Below are positions 21,581-31,288 of a DNA stretch of 64,000 nt, piece after piece; the stretch's first letter is position 1, and each line of letters opens with the position of its first letter. The position numbers were made by a program, and so were the translations under genes. The notes below the pieces were generated by a model, which searched no databases, had not been told where the DNA came from, and saw only the letters and a program-made list of their open reading frames with translations. The DNA comes from Burkholderiaceae bacterium (GTDB taxonomy: Bacteria > Pseudomonadota > Gammaproteobacteria > Burkholderiales > Burkholderiaceae_F): NCBI GenBank assembly GCA_036824465.1, contig DAITAC010000001.1, forward strand, positions 31,704 through 95,703, read 5' to 3'.

Positions 21581-22216
21581 ATGAAGCTGCCGTTGTTTCC
21601 CTTGAATGCCGTGCTGTTTCCGGGCGGAACCTTGCCGCTGCGCGTGTTCGAAGCCCGCTACATGGACATGGTGCGAGACTGCCTCAGGAACGAAGCGTTG
21701 TTCGGCGTGTGCCTGATCATCCGCGGCCGCGAGACCGGCAAGCCGGCGCAGTGCGAAACCGTCGGTTGCATGGCTTCAGTTGCCGCATGGGACATGCAAC
21801 AACTCGGCGTGCTGAACATACGCACCCTTGGCACGCAGCGATTCCGCATCAGGCGCGCCGCGGCGCAGGCAGACGGGCTGCTGGTTGGCGACATCGAAGC
21901 GATCCCGCCGGACGCGGATTGGCCGCTGGAACCAGAGCACCAACCATGCGCATCGCTTCTCAACCGCATCATTGACGATCTGGACGCACAAAGGCAGGCA
22001 ACGACAGGTGCCAAGATGGACGACGCGCAAATGCTGACAGCAAGCGTGATCGAACGACCCTATCAACTCGAATCCTCGGTGTGGGTCGGAAATCGAATTT
22101 GCGAAGTGCTGCCGGTGTCGCTGCGCGCGAAGCAAAAACTGATGGAACTCGAAGATGCGCGCGCGCGGCTCGACATCGTGCTGCGGTTCCTGCGGCAGCA
22201 CGCGGTGATTCAGTGA
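21581..22216 (+). CDS. LON peptidase substrate-binding (Lon N-terminal) domain protein
   Basis: MKLPLFPLNAVLFPGGTLPLRVFEARYMDMV is the classic Lon-N start. 211 aa from ATG 21581. Confidence 0.85.
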   Translation: MKLPLFPLNAVLFPGGTLPLRVFEARYMDMVRDCLRNEALFGVCLIIRGRETGKPAQCETVGCMASVAAWDMQQLGVLNIRTLGTQRFRIRRAAAQADGLLVGDIEAIPPDADWPLEPEHQPCASLLNRIIDDLDAQRQATTGAKMDDAQMLTASVIERPYQLESSVWVGNRICEVLPVSLRAKQKLMELEDARARLDIVLRFLRQHAVIQ

Positions 22217-22746
22217 TGTCGCGTGTCGCCTACGTTCCCAGCGACCTTCAGCAGCCGCAGGACCTGGTCACCGCGATCCGCGCGCGCCGTGGCGGCGACT
22301 TGCTGAATCTCGATCGCATGCTGCTGCACAGCCCGCCGTTTGCGGCCGGATGGAACGCATTCCTGAAGGCCGTGCGCAGCGATCTCATGCTCGACGTGCG
22401 CCTGCGCGAACTCGCGATGTGCGCTGTTGCCTCACTCAATGGCGCCGACTACGAGTTTCGCCATCATGCGCCCGTATTCGTCAAGGCCGGCGGAACGCCT
22501 GCGCAGGTTGAGGCATTGCGTGATCCGCTGCACGCCGCCGACGACGAGACGCTGTTCGACGCCACGTCACGTGCCGCGCTTCGGCTGACAATCGAGATGA
22601 CGCGCGCGGTTCAAGTCAGCGACTCGACCTTCGCCGCCGTCCGTTCGCATCTGGATGAGCGTTGCACGGTGGAGCTGGTCGGCGTGATCGCGACCTACAA
22701 CATGGTGTCGCGCTTTCTGGTCGCGCTGGGCGTTGAGCCTGATTAG
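22216..22746 (+). CDS. carboxymuconolactone decarboxylase (AhpD-like) family protein
   Basis: 176 aa, helical. LRELAMCAVASLNGADYEFRHHAP resembles CMD-family core helices. TGATG stop/start junction with the upstream gene. Confidence 0.7.
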   Translation: MSRVAYVPSDLQQPQDLVTAIRARRGGDLLNLDRMLLHSPPFAAGWNAFLKAVRSDLMLDVRLRELAMCAVASLNGADYEFRHHAPVFVKAGGTPAQVEALRDPLHAADDETLFDATSRAALRLTIEMTRAVQVSDSTFAAVRSHLDERCTVELVGVIATYNMVSRFLVALGVEPD

Positions 22747-22748
22747 AG

Positions 22749-23723
22749 TCAATCACCAGCTTTGATCTTGTTGTCGGCGACGACCTTCGCCCAGCGCGCG
22801 ATTTCGCGCGCCAGGAAACGGTCGAGCTCTGCCGGACTGCCGCCGTTGATCTCCATGCCCTGACCGCTCAGGCGTTCGGCCACCGCGGGCACCTTCAGTG
22901 CCTTTGTCAACTCGTCATACATGCGCCGCACGATCGCTGGCGGCGTGCCTGCTGGGGCGAAGATTCCCCACCACGCGAGCGCCTCGAATCCCGGAACGCC
23001 TTGCGCCGTCAGAGGCTGAACGCCGGGCAACTGTGCGTCAGGTTTGCCTGAAGTCACGGCGAGCGCCTTGACCTTGCCACTCTTGACGTGCGGACTGACC
23101 AGGAACACGGTGCCGATCGCCAGCGGTATCTGGCCGGCGACCGCGTCGTTCATCAGCGGCCCACCGCCGCGGTATGGTACGTGTGTGAGCTCGACCCCGA
23201 GCTGATTGCCGATCTGCGCCATCGCCAGGTGGCCGAGCGACCCAGTGCCGATCGAGCCGAAGGCGATCCCCGGCTTGGCCCTCGCCGCGGCGATCACGTC
23301 GCGGAAATCCCTGAATGGCTGCGAGACGTGCGCCACGATCGCCATCGGCGATGTGCCGATCAGCATCACCGACGCAAGATCGCGTGTTGTGTTGAACGGC
23401 AGATTGGGCAGCAGCGACGGATTGACCGCGTGCGTGTCGAATACGACCGCGAACGTATAGCCATCGCCGACGGCGCGGGCAACTTCGGCGGTGCCGATCG
23501 ATCCCGACGCGCCGCCCTTGTTCTCGACCACGAACTGTTGACCGAGTTGAAGAGACAACTGCTGTGACAACACGCGCGCGACCTGATCGACCGAACCACC
23601 CGGCGGAAAGACCGCAACCATTCGTACCGGTTTGGCTGGCCAGTCCTGCGCACTCGCAGAAGACGCCAGCAGGCAACCCACCAGGATCATCGGTGCGGCA
23701 ATCCAGAAACGATCGGATCTCAT
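22749..23723 (-). CDS. Bug-family (TctC-like) tripartite tricarboxylate transporter substrate-binding protein
   Basis: Signal peptide then DWPAKPVRMVAVFPPGGSVDQVARVLSQQL, the Bug-family N-terminal signature. About 324 aa. No tctA/tctB nearby. Confidence 0.88.
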   Translation of the reverse strand: MRSDRFWIAAPMILVGCLLASSASAQDWPAKPVRMVAVFPPGGSVDQVARVLSQQLSLQLGQQFVVENKGGASGSIGTAEVARAVGDGYTFAVVFDTHAVNPSLLPNLPFNTTRDLASVMLIGTSPMAIVAHVSQPFRDFRDVIAAARAKPGIAFGSIGTGSLGHLAMAQIGNQLGVELTHVPYRGGGPLMNDAVAGQIPLAIGTVFLVSPHVKSGKVKALAVTSGKPDAQLPGVQPLTAQGVPGFEALAWWGIFAPAGTPPAIVRRMYDELTKALKVPAVAERLSGQGMEINGGSPAELDRFLAREIARWAKVVADNKIKAGD

Positions 23724-24796
23724 GCGCTCTCCTCAAGTGCTTCGATCGGACTTCGCCGCACAACCCGCAAGACGTCACGCAACAGTGCGCGAATCGGTGT
23801 CGGCAATGCCTCCTTGTCGATGTTATCGCGCGCAAGCCATCGCATCTGCGGCTCCATCGCAATCGTCAACGGGCGCTCGAGTTGCGCCAGATGCGGCGTG
23901 ATCTGCAGGGCGAAATGCGTGAATGCGTGACGTCTCTGCGGCAGCGGTGCCGCGCAGGCGTCTGGTGCAAGCCGGGCCAAGGCGGCGGCGAGTTGCTCGA
24001 GACGATCGAACTGCGGCAGCGAAAGCAGTCCTCCCCAAATTCCGGCGCCCGGCCGCTGCTCGACCAGTACATCATCGCCGTGAAGGACGAGCAGCAGATG
24101 CACACTTCGTCGCGGTGTTTCCCTGCGTGGCCTCGCGCTCGGCAACTCATCGACCCGAGCCGTGCGCAAGGCCACGCAGGTCGATTCCACCGGGCATTCG
24201 ACGCAACGCGGATTCGATCGCTTGCAAATCATTGCGCCAAGGTCCATCAACCCTTGCGTGTACGCCGGCATCTGCGTCGCAGCCGGCAGCAAGGCATCCG
24301 CGTGCGCCCAAAGTTCGCGCTCGATCGCGGCCGTTCCGGGATAGCCGGCCACACCGAACTGACGCGCCATCACGCGTTTGACGTTGCCATCGAGGATCGC
24401 CGCACGCCCGCCGAAACAAAACGCAGCAATTGCCGCCGCGGTGGAGCGACCGATACCGGGCAATTGCGAAAGCCCCTCGACGCTGCGAGGGAACGCTCCC
24501 CCATGCACGGTGACGACACGCTGCGCGCATGCGTGCAGATTACGGGCGCGTGCGTAGTACCCGAGCCCGGCCCATAGGCGCATCACCTCTTCGACCTTCG
24601 CGCACGCCAATCCCGTGACATCGGGAAAGCGCTCGACAAAGCGCTGGTAGTAGGGCACGACCGTCGTCACCTGCGTCTGCTGCAGCATGATCTCCGACAA
24701 CCAGACGCGATACGGATCGCGCGTGCCCTGCCAGGGCAAATCGCGCCGCCCCATCGCGCGCTGCCACGCAATGATCCGGGCCGCAAAACCGGACAT
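23720..24796 (-). CDS. mutY: A/G-specific adenine DNA glycosylase
   Basis: WLSEIMLQQTQV, HhH-GPD LPGIGRSTAAAI, 4Fe-4S cluster loop CKRSNPRCVECPVESTC, C-terminal NUDIX-like domain. Confidence 0.95.
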   Translation of the reverse strand: MSGFAARIIAWQRAMGRRDLPWQGTRDPYRVWLSEIMLQQTQVTTVVPYYQRFVERFPDVTGLACAKVEEVMRLWAGLGYYARARNLHACAQRVVTVHGGAFPRSVEGLSQLPGIGRSTAAAIAAFCFGGRAAILDGNVKRVMARQFGVAGYPGTAAIERELWAHADALLPAATQMPAYTQGLMDLGAMICKRSNPRCVECPVESTCVALRTARVDELPSARPRRETPRRSVHLLLVLHGDDVLVEQRPGAGIWGGLLSLPQFDRLEQLAAALARLAPDACAAPLPQRRHAFTHFALQITPHLAQLERPLTIAMEPQMRWLARDNIDKEALPTPIRALLRDVLRVVRRSPIEALEESA

Positions 24797-26808
24797 CAGA
24801 TCTCGACGCGCAGGAACGCGGGCTCGTTCGAGTCAAAGTTGCGCGAAACCGTCGCGGCGGCTGGCGCTGGGCCGGCAGGCGGCGATGGCGCAGTCTCGAC
24901 AACGTGCCGGACCCGCGCCGCTGTTTGACGCAGAGCTTCGAGTTTGCCCTGCACGTCCTCGAGCGCGGTCTCGAGCTCGCCGATGCGCGAGTCAAGCGAT
25001 TCCTGGGCATCGCGAATGCGCTCGACCGATTCTGCGCGGCGCTTCAATTGCGAGCGCTGCTCGCGCACCTGTGCCTCTATCGGCGGCAGCAGTGAACGGA
25101 TCCAGGCCTCAGTGTCGCGTTCCGCAGCCGTGAAGATGTCGCGGGTTCTCGCCACGACCGACTCGAAAAACCGTTCGATCAGCGCCTGCTTGTCGCGCGT
25201 GAACACCACGAACGCATTGAAATGCGACTTGCTCGCGCGCTCGACCTGCTCCAGATCGGTGCGGTACTTGTCGAGTGTGAATGACATCGGTGGCGGCAGG
25301 CTCCAGCCGAGTTCGGATGCAAACTTCTGCTGCACGCCGATCACCATCTTCTCGATCTCGGCAAGCTCGACGCTCGCATCCCGCAGGTGCCCGTTCAGAT
25401 CGGTGAAATAGTCCTTGACCGACGAATAGAACTGCGGCGTCAGGCGCACCTTGCGCATGCGCTCGCGCGTCGTCTCCAAGGTTGCTCGCAGTGTCTCGTG
25501 GCCGAGCGGCGTGGTGGCCCGGTCGGACAGACGCGATAGCACAACCCGCGTCGCCACGATCTTGCGCACGTTCGCCTCGAACTCGCGGCTTTCGACCTGC
25601 GCCCGCATTGACATGCGCTCGATCGAACTCTGATTCTTGCCTTGCAGCGCGCGCAGCTCGTACAGCTGCTCGATCACGCCACGTTCGCGCGCGCCCAGAG
25701 CTTGCCGAACCTCCTCAGCAATGCGCTCGACGATCGCCTGAGTCTGAGAGCCGACGATGCGCTGCTTGGCCGGGACCAGGAGTTCGACCAGCGCTGATTC
25801 GAGCTTCGGCAAGCGGCTTGCCGCCAGCAGGCGATCGTCCTGCATCACCTTGGCCACGAGCCCCTTCTGCGCAGAAACCGGAAAGACGCGCGCGATGTCC
25901 AGATCGAGCGTGCGGCCGACCAGGTGCACCTGGCGCTCGACCTCGCCGTCGATCTCGTGCGCGGTCTTCAGACCGTCCCACAGTCCGTCGATCTTGTTCA
26001 GCACCGCGATGTGGTTTGTCGACGCGCCCGTGTCATGCACCACCTGGCGCCAGACCTCGAGATCACTCTTGGTCACGCCCGTGTCGGCAGCGAGGACGAA
26101 CAGCACGGCGTGCGCGCTCGGCACAAGCGACAGTGTCAGCTCTGGTTCGGCGCCGATCGCGTTCAATCCGGGGGTATCAAGAATTACCAGCCCGCGCTTG
26201 AGCAGCGGATGCGGGAAATTGATTACTGCGTGCCGCCAGCGCGAGATCTCGAGCGTGCCGTCCGCATCGACCACGGTCTTCTGATCCGGATCGGCCGGAT
26301 CGTACAGTCCGTAAAGCAGCGCCTCCTGCTCCGACACGCGCACCGTATCCGATACCAGCTTGAACGCTTCGAGCATCCCTTCCGGGGCGTCGATGTCGAC
26401 CGGGAATACACGCCACTCGCTGCTTGCCTTCTTGAAGTCCGACATCGTGCCCTGGCGCGCGCGCGTCTCGATCGGCAGCGCACGGATGCAGGGCGGCAGC
26501 GACTCGTCGTACATCAGCTCAGTCGGACACATCGTCGTGCGTCCGGCCGAAGAAGGCAGGATGCGCCGGCCGTAGTCAGCGAAGAAGATCGCGTTGATCA
26601 GTTCGGACTTGCCGCGCGAGAACTCGGCGACAAATGCGATCACCAGTTTGTCTTCGGCGAGCCGGTCCAGCGCAACGGCAAGGCGGCGCCCCGCGTCGTG
26701 ATCAAGTAACTCATTCTGTTCCAGCCAGGCGCGCAGTTGCGCAACACCGCGTGCCAGTGAGTCACGCCATGCGCCGTATTCCTGGAAGCTGCTCGCGAGT
26801 TGGGCCAT
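24796..26808 (-). CDS. dynamin-family (bacterial dynamin-like) GTPase
   Basis: G1 AEFSRGKSELINAI, G3 ILDTPGLNA, G4 LNKIDG. Long helical stalk-like C-terminal two-thirds. I noticed no long hydrophobic segment. Confidence 0.8.
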   Translation of the reverse strand: MAQLASSFQEYGAWRDSLARGVAQLRAWLEQNELLDHDAGRRLAVALDRLAEDKLVIAFVAEFSRGKSELINAIFFADYGRRILPSSAGRTTMCPTELMYDESLPPCIRALPIETRARQGTMSDFKKASSEWRVFPVDIDAPEGMLEAFKLVSDTVRVSEQEALLYGLYDPADPDQKTVVDADGTLEISRWRHAVINFPHPLLKRGLVILDTPGLNAIGAEPELTLSLVPSAHAVLFVLAADTGVTKSDLEVWRQVVHDTGASTNHIAVLNKIDGLWDGLKTAHEIDGEVERQVHLVGRTLDLDIARVFPVSAQKGLVAKVMQDDRLLAASRLPKLESALVELLVPAKQRIVGSQTQAIVERIAEEVRQALGARERGVIEQLYELRALQGKNQSSIERMSMRAQVESREFEANVRKIVATRVVLSRLSDRATTPLGHETLRATLETTRERMRKVRLTPQFYSSVKDYFTDLNGHLRDASVELAEIEKMVIGVQQKFASELGWSLPPPMSFTLDKYRTDLEQVERASKSHFNAFVVFTRDKQALIERFFESVVARTRDIFTAAERDTEAWIRSLLPPIEAQVREQRSQLKRRAESVERIRDAQESLDSRIGELETALEDVQGKLEALRQTAARVRHVVETAPSPPAGPAPAAATVSRNFDSNEPAFLRVEI

Positions 26809-26898
26809 CGGGGCAAACGCGCACGGGGCGCTGGGTCGCAGACCAATCTAGCATAGGGATCGTTCTGCGCACCCCATTCGACCGGATGAGTCAGCCGC

Positions 26899-27747
26899 CT
26901 AACGCTGGCCGCCTTTCGTCTGGCAGCGCGGACAGAAATACGTCGCACGCTGACCCTGCACGATGCGTCGAATCGTGGTCTTGCAGACCCGGCACGGGTG
27001 AGCCTCGCGGCCGTAGACGAACGCCTCCAGCATGAAGTAGCCCTCGGTACCGTCGGCGCCGACGAAGTCTCTGATCGTGCTGCCGCCCACTTCGATCGCC
27101 TCCGTCAGAACGGCGCGCACCGCATTGACGAGCCGGACGCAGCGTTCCCGGGACATTCGGTGCGCGGCAAGGCGCGGATCGATGGCGGCGCGAAACAGAC
27201 TCTCCGACGCGTAGATGTTCCCAACGCCAACGACGATGTCACCGGACAGCAGGACCTGTTTGATCGCTGCGCGCCGCCCGCGGGTGCCCCGGTAGACATG
27301 TTCGGCATCGAAACGCGGATCGAATGGCTCCAATCCCAGGCGCGACAACAGCGGATGGCGTTCGACATCGCCGCTGCGGCTCGGGTGCCACAGGAGGGCG
27401 CCGAATCGGCGCGGGTCGGTCAGCCGGAGCATGCGCGGTTCGCGTTCACCAACGATGATGTCCACATGGTCATGCATGCCGGCCGGCGGTGCGATGCCAA
27501 GATGCACGCGCCATGAACCGGACATGCCCAGATGCGAGATCAGCGTGCCGTGCGCAAATCGCCACAAAAGATACTTGCCACGCCGTTCGAGCCGTTCGAT
27601 GCGCTGACCTCTGAGGACAGACGCTAAGCGCGCCGGCACAGGCCAGCGCAGGCGCCGATCGCGCAGCACGACCGCCTGTACCCGCTCGCCCTCGACGAAC
27701 GGCGCCAGTGCGCGCCGTGTGACTTCAACTTCAGGCAACTCGGGCAT
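26899..27747 (-). CDS. mutM: formamidopyrimidine-DNA glycosylase
   Basis: [12 protein letters not shown] catalytic N-terminus. C-terminal zinc finger CRVC...CPRCQ. Confidence 0.96.
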   Translation of the reverse strand: MPELPEVEVTRRALAPFVEGERVQAVVLRDRRLRWPVPARLASVLRGQRIERLERRGKYLLWRFAHGTLISHLGMSGSWRVHLGIAPPAGMHDHVDIIVGEREPRMLRLTDPRRFGALLWHPSRSGDVERHPLLSRLGLEPFDPRFDAEHVYRGTRGRRAAIKQVLLSGDIVVGVGNIYASESLFRAAIDPRLAAHRMSRERCVRLVNAVRAVLTEAIEVGGSTIRDFVGADGTEGYFMLEAFVYGREAHPCRVCKTTIRRIVQGQRATYFCPRCQTKGGQR

Positions 27748-27803
27748 CGTCGAGGCGTCTAAGATGACGCGCTTGGCTAACGTACCGCGGCGAAATCACT
27801 TGC

Positions 27804-29675
27804 ATGCGGTCGCCGTTCACATTGAGTGGATTGATGCGTTCTTTTGCGATGGATCGGGTCTTGCCAACACGGCTGAGCCTGCTGGCGCTCATCGCCGGCA
27901 CGATTGTAGGTTGCGCTTCGGTCGCTCAGCCTCCATCGACCGCACAACCGATCACGGCCGACAAAGTCGCCACCACCCCAACTGCGGTCGCCACGGCTGC
28001 GCGGGGAAGCGACGCGCTTCCGGATGTCGATCTGACCGGCCCGCTGCTGTACCAGATCATGGCGGCCGAGGTCGCCCTGCAACGGGGAGAGGCAGGCTCC
28101 GCATTTGCGACCTACATGAATGTCGCGCGCCAGACGCGCGACCCACGCCTGGCGCGGCGCGCGGTTGAGATCGCATTTGGCTCGCGCGCCGGCGCGCAGG
28201 CGCTCGAAGCCGCGCAACTGTGGCAGGAGCTTGCGCCGCGCTCGGTTGAGGCGGCGCAGACGCTGGCCGCGATGCAGATCGCAAATGGTCACTACAAGGA
28301 CGCCGCACCGCTGCTGACCGAACAGGTCAGGAACGCGGTCAATCCAGTCGAGGAACTGGCGCGCATACAGCGCACCCTGGCACGCGGACCAGATCGCGCC
28401 GGCGGTTTTATCCTGCTTGAATCGCTCGCGGCGCCGTACCGCGACGATCTGATGCGCGGCGCCGAAGTGCGGTTGATACTTGCCACTGGCGCTCAAGCGG
28501 CCGGGCTTTCGCAGCGCGCCGTGCAGGAGGCGCGCGCCGCGCTGTCGTTGCAGCCCGATTCGGAGCGAGCGACCCTGCTCACTGCTCAGTTACTGGCCCG
28601 GCCAGACGGCAAGGACAGCAGCGAGGGACGCACAGCGGCGCTGGAGCTGCTGCAGACGTTCCTGCAGCGCCGCCCTGATTCGGCCGAAGTGCGGCTTACC
28701 TATGCGCGCATGCTGATTGCCGACAACAAGTATCCCGCCGCACGACAACAGTTTGCCGACCTCTTGCAGCGCGACGCCGCCAATCTCGACGCGCTGTATG
28801 CAATGGGGGTGCTCACTCTTGACGACAAACCCCCGCGCACGGCCTCGCGAACTTTTTTCGAGCGCTATCTGAAGGTGCTGGAAACCTCGGCCGGCAATCG
28901 CGATCCGGATCCGGCCTATATGAACCTCGCGCGCATCGCCGAGGACGAACGCAAATACGACGAAGCATTGAACTGGCTTGAACGCATCGACGATGGCGAG
29001 CAGTACGTGCCCGCGCGGCTGCGACAGGCGCTTGTTCTCGGCAAGATGAAACGCGTCGACGAGGCCCGCAAGCTGCTCGCCGAAACCGCTGCGCAGCCGT
29101 CGCGCAGCGATGAGGAGAGGACGCAGGTCGTGGTTGTCGAAGGCCAGTTGCTGCGTGAAGCCAAGCGCTATCAAGAGTCATTCGACGTGCTCTCGGCGGC
29201 GCTGGCAAAAGCGCCCGACAACACGAGCCTGCTGTACGACGCCGCGATGGCCGCCGAGAAGCTTGATCGGATCGACGTTATGGAAACGCATCTGCGCCGC
29301 ATGATGCAGTTGAAACCTGACGATGCGCATGCGTTCAACGCGCTCGGTTATACGTTCGCCGACCGCAGCACGCGATTGCAGGAAGCGCAGGAACTCCTGG
29401 CGCAGGCGCTGAAACTGTCGCCGAATGACGCCTACATCCAGGATTCGATGGGATGGGCGTATTACCGGCTTGGTGACCTGCCCAAGGCGCGCGAATATCT
29501 CGAGCGCGCATGGCAAAGCCGGCCTGAGGCCGAAGTCGGCGCGCATCTGGGCGAAGTGTTGTGGCAGATGGGCGAGCGCGATGCAGCGCGCCGTATCTGG
29601 CGCGAATCGACGGCCACCGAACCAGACAACGAATCGCTGCGCGCAACGCTGGTTCGGCTCAAAGTGAGGTTGTAA
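27804..29675 (+). CDS. TPR-repeat lipoprotein (conserved between mutM and lolB)
   Basis: Lipobox-like LIAGTIVGC near the N-terminus and many TPR-like helical repeats. The start could also be Met 27834 or 27849. Confidence 0.75.
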   Translation: MRSPFTLSGLMRSFAMDRVLPTRLSLLALIAGTIVGCASVAQPPSTAQPITADKVATTPTAVATAARGSDALPDVDLTGPLLYQIMAAEVALQRGEAGSAFATYMNVARQTRDPRLARRAVEIAFGSRAGAQALEAAQLWQELAPRSVEAAQTLAAMQIANGHYKDAAPLLTEQVRNAVNPVEELARIQRTLARGPDRAGGFILLESLAAPYRDDLMRGAEVRLILATGAQAAGLSQRAVQEARAALSLQPDSERATLLTAQLLARPDGKDSSEGRTAALELLQTFLQRRPDSAEVRLTYARMLIADNKYPAARQQFADLLQRDAANLDALYAMGVLTLDDKPPRTASRTFFERYLKVLETSAGNRDPDPAYMNLARIAEDERKYDEALNWLERIDDGEQYVPARLRQALVLGKMKRVDEARKLLAETAAQPSRSDEERTQVVVVEGQLLREAKRYQESFDVLSAALAKAPDNTSLLYDAAMAAEKLDRIDVMETHLRRMMQLKPDDAHAFNALGYTFADRSTRLQEAQELLAQALKLSPNDAYIQDSMGWAYYRLGDLPKAREYLERAWQSRPEAEVGAHLGEVLWQMGERDAARRIWRESTATEPDNESLRATLVRLKVRL

Positions 29676-29686
29676 GGCCTGCGACG

Positions 29687-30250
29687 ATGGTCCGAATTGC
29701 AGTCCAGGCGCTTGTCGTCGTGTTGCTCGCTGCGTGCACGACGCTTGCGCCGCCACGCGAGGCCGAACGTGTCCATCAGGGGCGCTTCGCGGTCACCGCC
29801 TCGTGGCCCGACCGGACCGAGAACACCAGCGGCCGCTTTTCGCTGTCGGTGCACGGCGACGGGTTGACACTGGATCTCGCTTCTCCGCTCGGAAACACAC
29901 TGGCGCGTATCGATACTGATGCAAACGGCGCGCGGATGACGGCGCCGGCGGCAAACGGCTCAATGCAGCAACTCCAGGGTCCGAGCGCCGATGCACTCGC
30001 CGAGCAGGTACTTGGCTGGTCGCTTCCCGTCTCCGGCATCGGCGACTGGATTATTGGCCGGCCCGTGCCGGCACGGCCTTATCGATCGATGCCAGACAGC
30101 ACCACGATCGAGCAGGACGGCTGGATGATTCGCGTGCTCGATCGTTTTGAGGGCAATGGCGTGCCGCGGCGGCTGACCTTTGAGCGTGCCGCGGCGGCAC
30201 CGTCACCCGCGGTCACCGTGCGACTGGTGCTGGACGATCCGACCTCGTAG
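29687..30250 (+). CDS. lolB: outer-membrane lipoprotein receptor LolB
   Basis: Lipoprotein signal MVRIAVQALVVVLLAAC. About 187 aa. Canonical position immediately upstream of ispE. Confidence 0.75.
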   Translation: MVRIAVQALVVVLLAACTTLAPPREAERVHQGRFAVTASWPDRTENTSGRFSLSVHGDGLTLDLASPLGNTLARIDTDANGARMTAPAANGSMQQLQGPSADALAEQVLGWSLPVSGIGDWIIGRPVPARPYRSMPDSTTIEQDGWMIRVLDRFEGNGVPRRLTFERAAAAPSPAVTVRLVLDDPTS

Positions 30251-30256
30251 CGCGCG

Positions 30257-31114
30257 ATGACACGCCTGTTCCTCGGCCTGCCCGCACCGGCGAAGCTCAA
30301 TCTGTTTCTGCACGTCCTTGGGCGACGCGCTGATGGTTATCACGAACTGCAGAGCGTGTTCGTGCCGATCGATCTGGCCGACACACTGGACTTCGAACTG
30401 CGCGACGACGGCGCGATCGAGCGCAACGGCGATGTCGTTGGTAATCCCGATAATGACCTTCCTGTTCGCGCGGCCCAACTGCTGCAGGCCGAGTCGGCAA
30501 CATCGTTGGGCGTGTCGATCAATGTCGAAAAGCGCATTCCGCCCGGCAGCGGCATGGGTGGCGGCAGTTCAGACGCGGCGACGACGCTGATCGCACTGAA
30601 TCGACTGTGGCGACTCGCGTGGCCGCGTGCGAAACTGTCGGCACTCGGGCAACGACTCGGCGCCGATGTGCCGTTCTTTCTTGGCCCGGGGCCCGCGTTC
30701 GTGGAGGGCATCGGTGAGCGACTCACACCGCTTGGTTTCGAGCCTGCGTGGTTTGCCGTCGTGAAGCCGCAAGTGGCTGTCGCGACAGCGGAAATTTTCG
30801 CTGACCCCGGTTTGACCCGAAACTCGAAAGCCACGATAATTTCCGCCTTTTCCGCGGGGCTGAAGCAGTTTCCACGCGCACTTTTCGGCGCCAACGATCT
30901 TGAAGCGGTCGTACGGCGCCGGGTTCCTGAAGTCGATGCTGTCCTGGCGCTGCTGTCGCGTCATGGTCCGGCGCGAATGACGGGCTCCGGTTCAGCGGTG
31001 TTCGTTGCCGTCGCAACTGAAGCTGAGGCGCGTGCTGCAATCGCGCAGTTGCCGGATGGATGGGCGGGTTGGGCCGTCAGGAGTTTGGAGCAGCATCCGC
31101 TCGCGGAGTGGTGA
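30257..31114 (+). CDS. ispE: 4-(cytidine 5'-diphospho)-2-C-methyl-D-erythritol kinase
   Basis: PAKLNLFLHV N-terminus, GHMP kinase motif PPGSGMGGGSSDAA. Confidence 0.95.
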   Translation: MTRLFLGLPAPAKLNLFLHVLGRRADGYHELQSVFVPIDLADTLDFELRDDGAIERNGDVVGNPDNDLPVRAAQLLQAESATSLGVSINVEKRIPPGSGMGGGSSDAATTLIALNRLWRLAWPRAKLSALGQRLGADVPFFLGPGPAFVEGIGERLTPLGFEPAWFAVVKPQVAVATAEIFADPGLTRNSKATIISAFSAGLKQFPRALFGANDLEAVVRRRVPEVDAVLALLSRHGPARMTGSGSAVFVAVATEAEARAAIAQLPDGWAGWAVRSLEQHPLAEW

Positions 31115-31204
31115 TCCGCGGAGTTTTGGATCACCGGTTCGTGATGCGATCACCGGTTGGTGATTGGATCACGAAACAGTGATGAGATCACCGGCAGCGC
31201 AGGT
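31111..31204. repeat. 19-bp phased array of GATCAC / GTGAT-N3-ATCAC palindromic sites
   Basis: GATCAC at 31129, 31148, 31167 and 31186, exactly 19 bp apart. 13-bp inverted repeats GTGAT-N3-ATCAC at 31141-31153, 31160-31172 and 31179-31191. An extra GTGATC half-site at 31111-31116 overlaps the ispE stop. Confidence 0.9.
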
Positions 31205-31211
31205 TTCGCGC

Positions 31212-31288
31212 TGGGGAGTCGCCAAGTTGGTTAAGGCAGCGGATTTTGATTCCGCCATTCGAGGGTTCGAATCCTTCCTCCCCAGCCA
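31212..31288 (+). tRNA. tRNA-Gln (anticodon UUG), CCA encoded
   Basis: Cloverleaf folds by hand. Acceptor stem TGGGGAG/CTCCCCA. Anticodon stem GCGGA/TCCGC with loop TT-TTG-AT. T-arm GAGGG-TTCGAAT-CCTTC. Discriminator G then CCA. Near-identical architecture to E. coli tRNA-Gln. Confidence 0.95.

Noticed and set aside
22749-23723. Orphan Bug-family binding proteins (also 46842-47801) without tctA/tctB as something unusual.
   Set aside because: Large families of orphan Bug genes are a well-known feature of Burkholderiales genomes. Only the operon link to mutY is reported.
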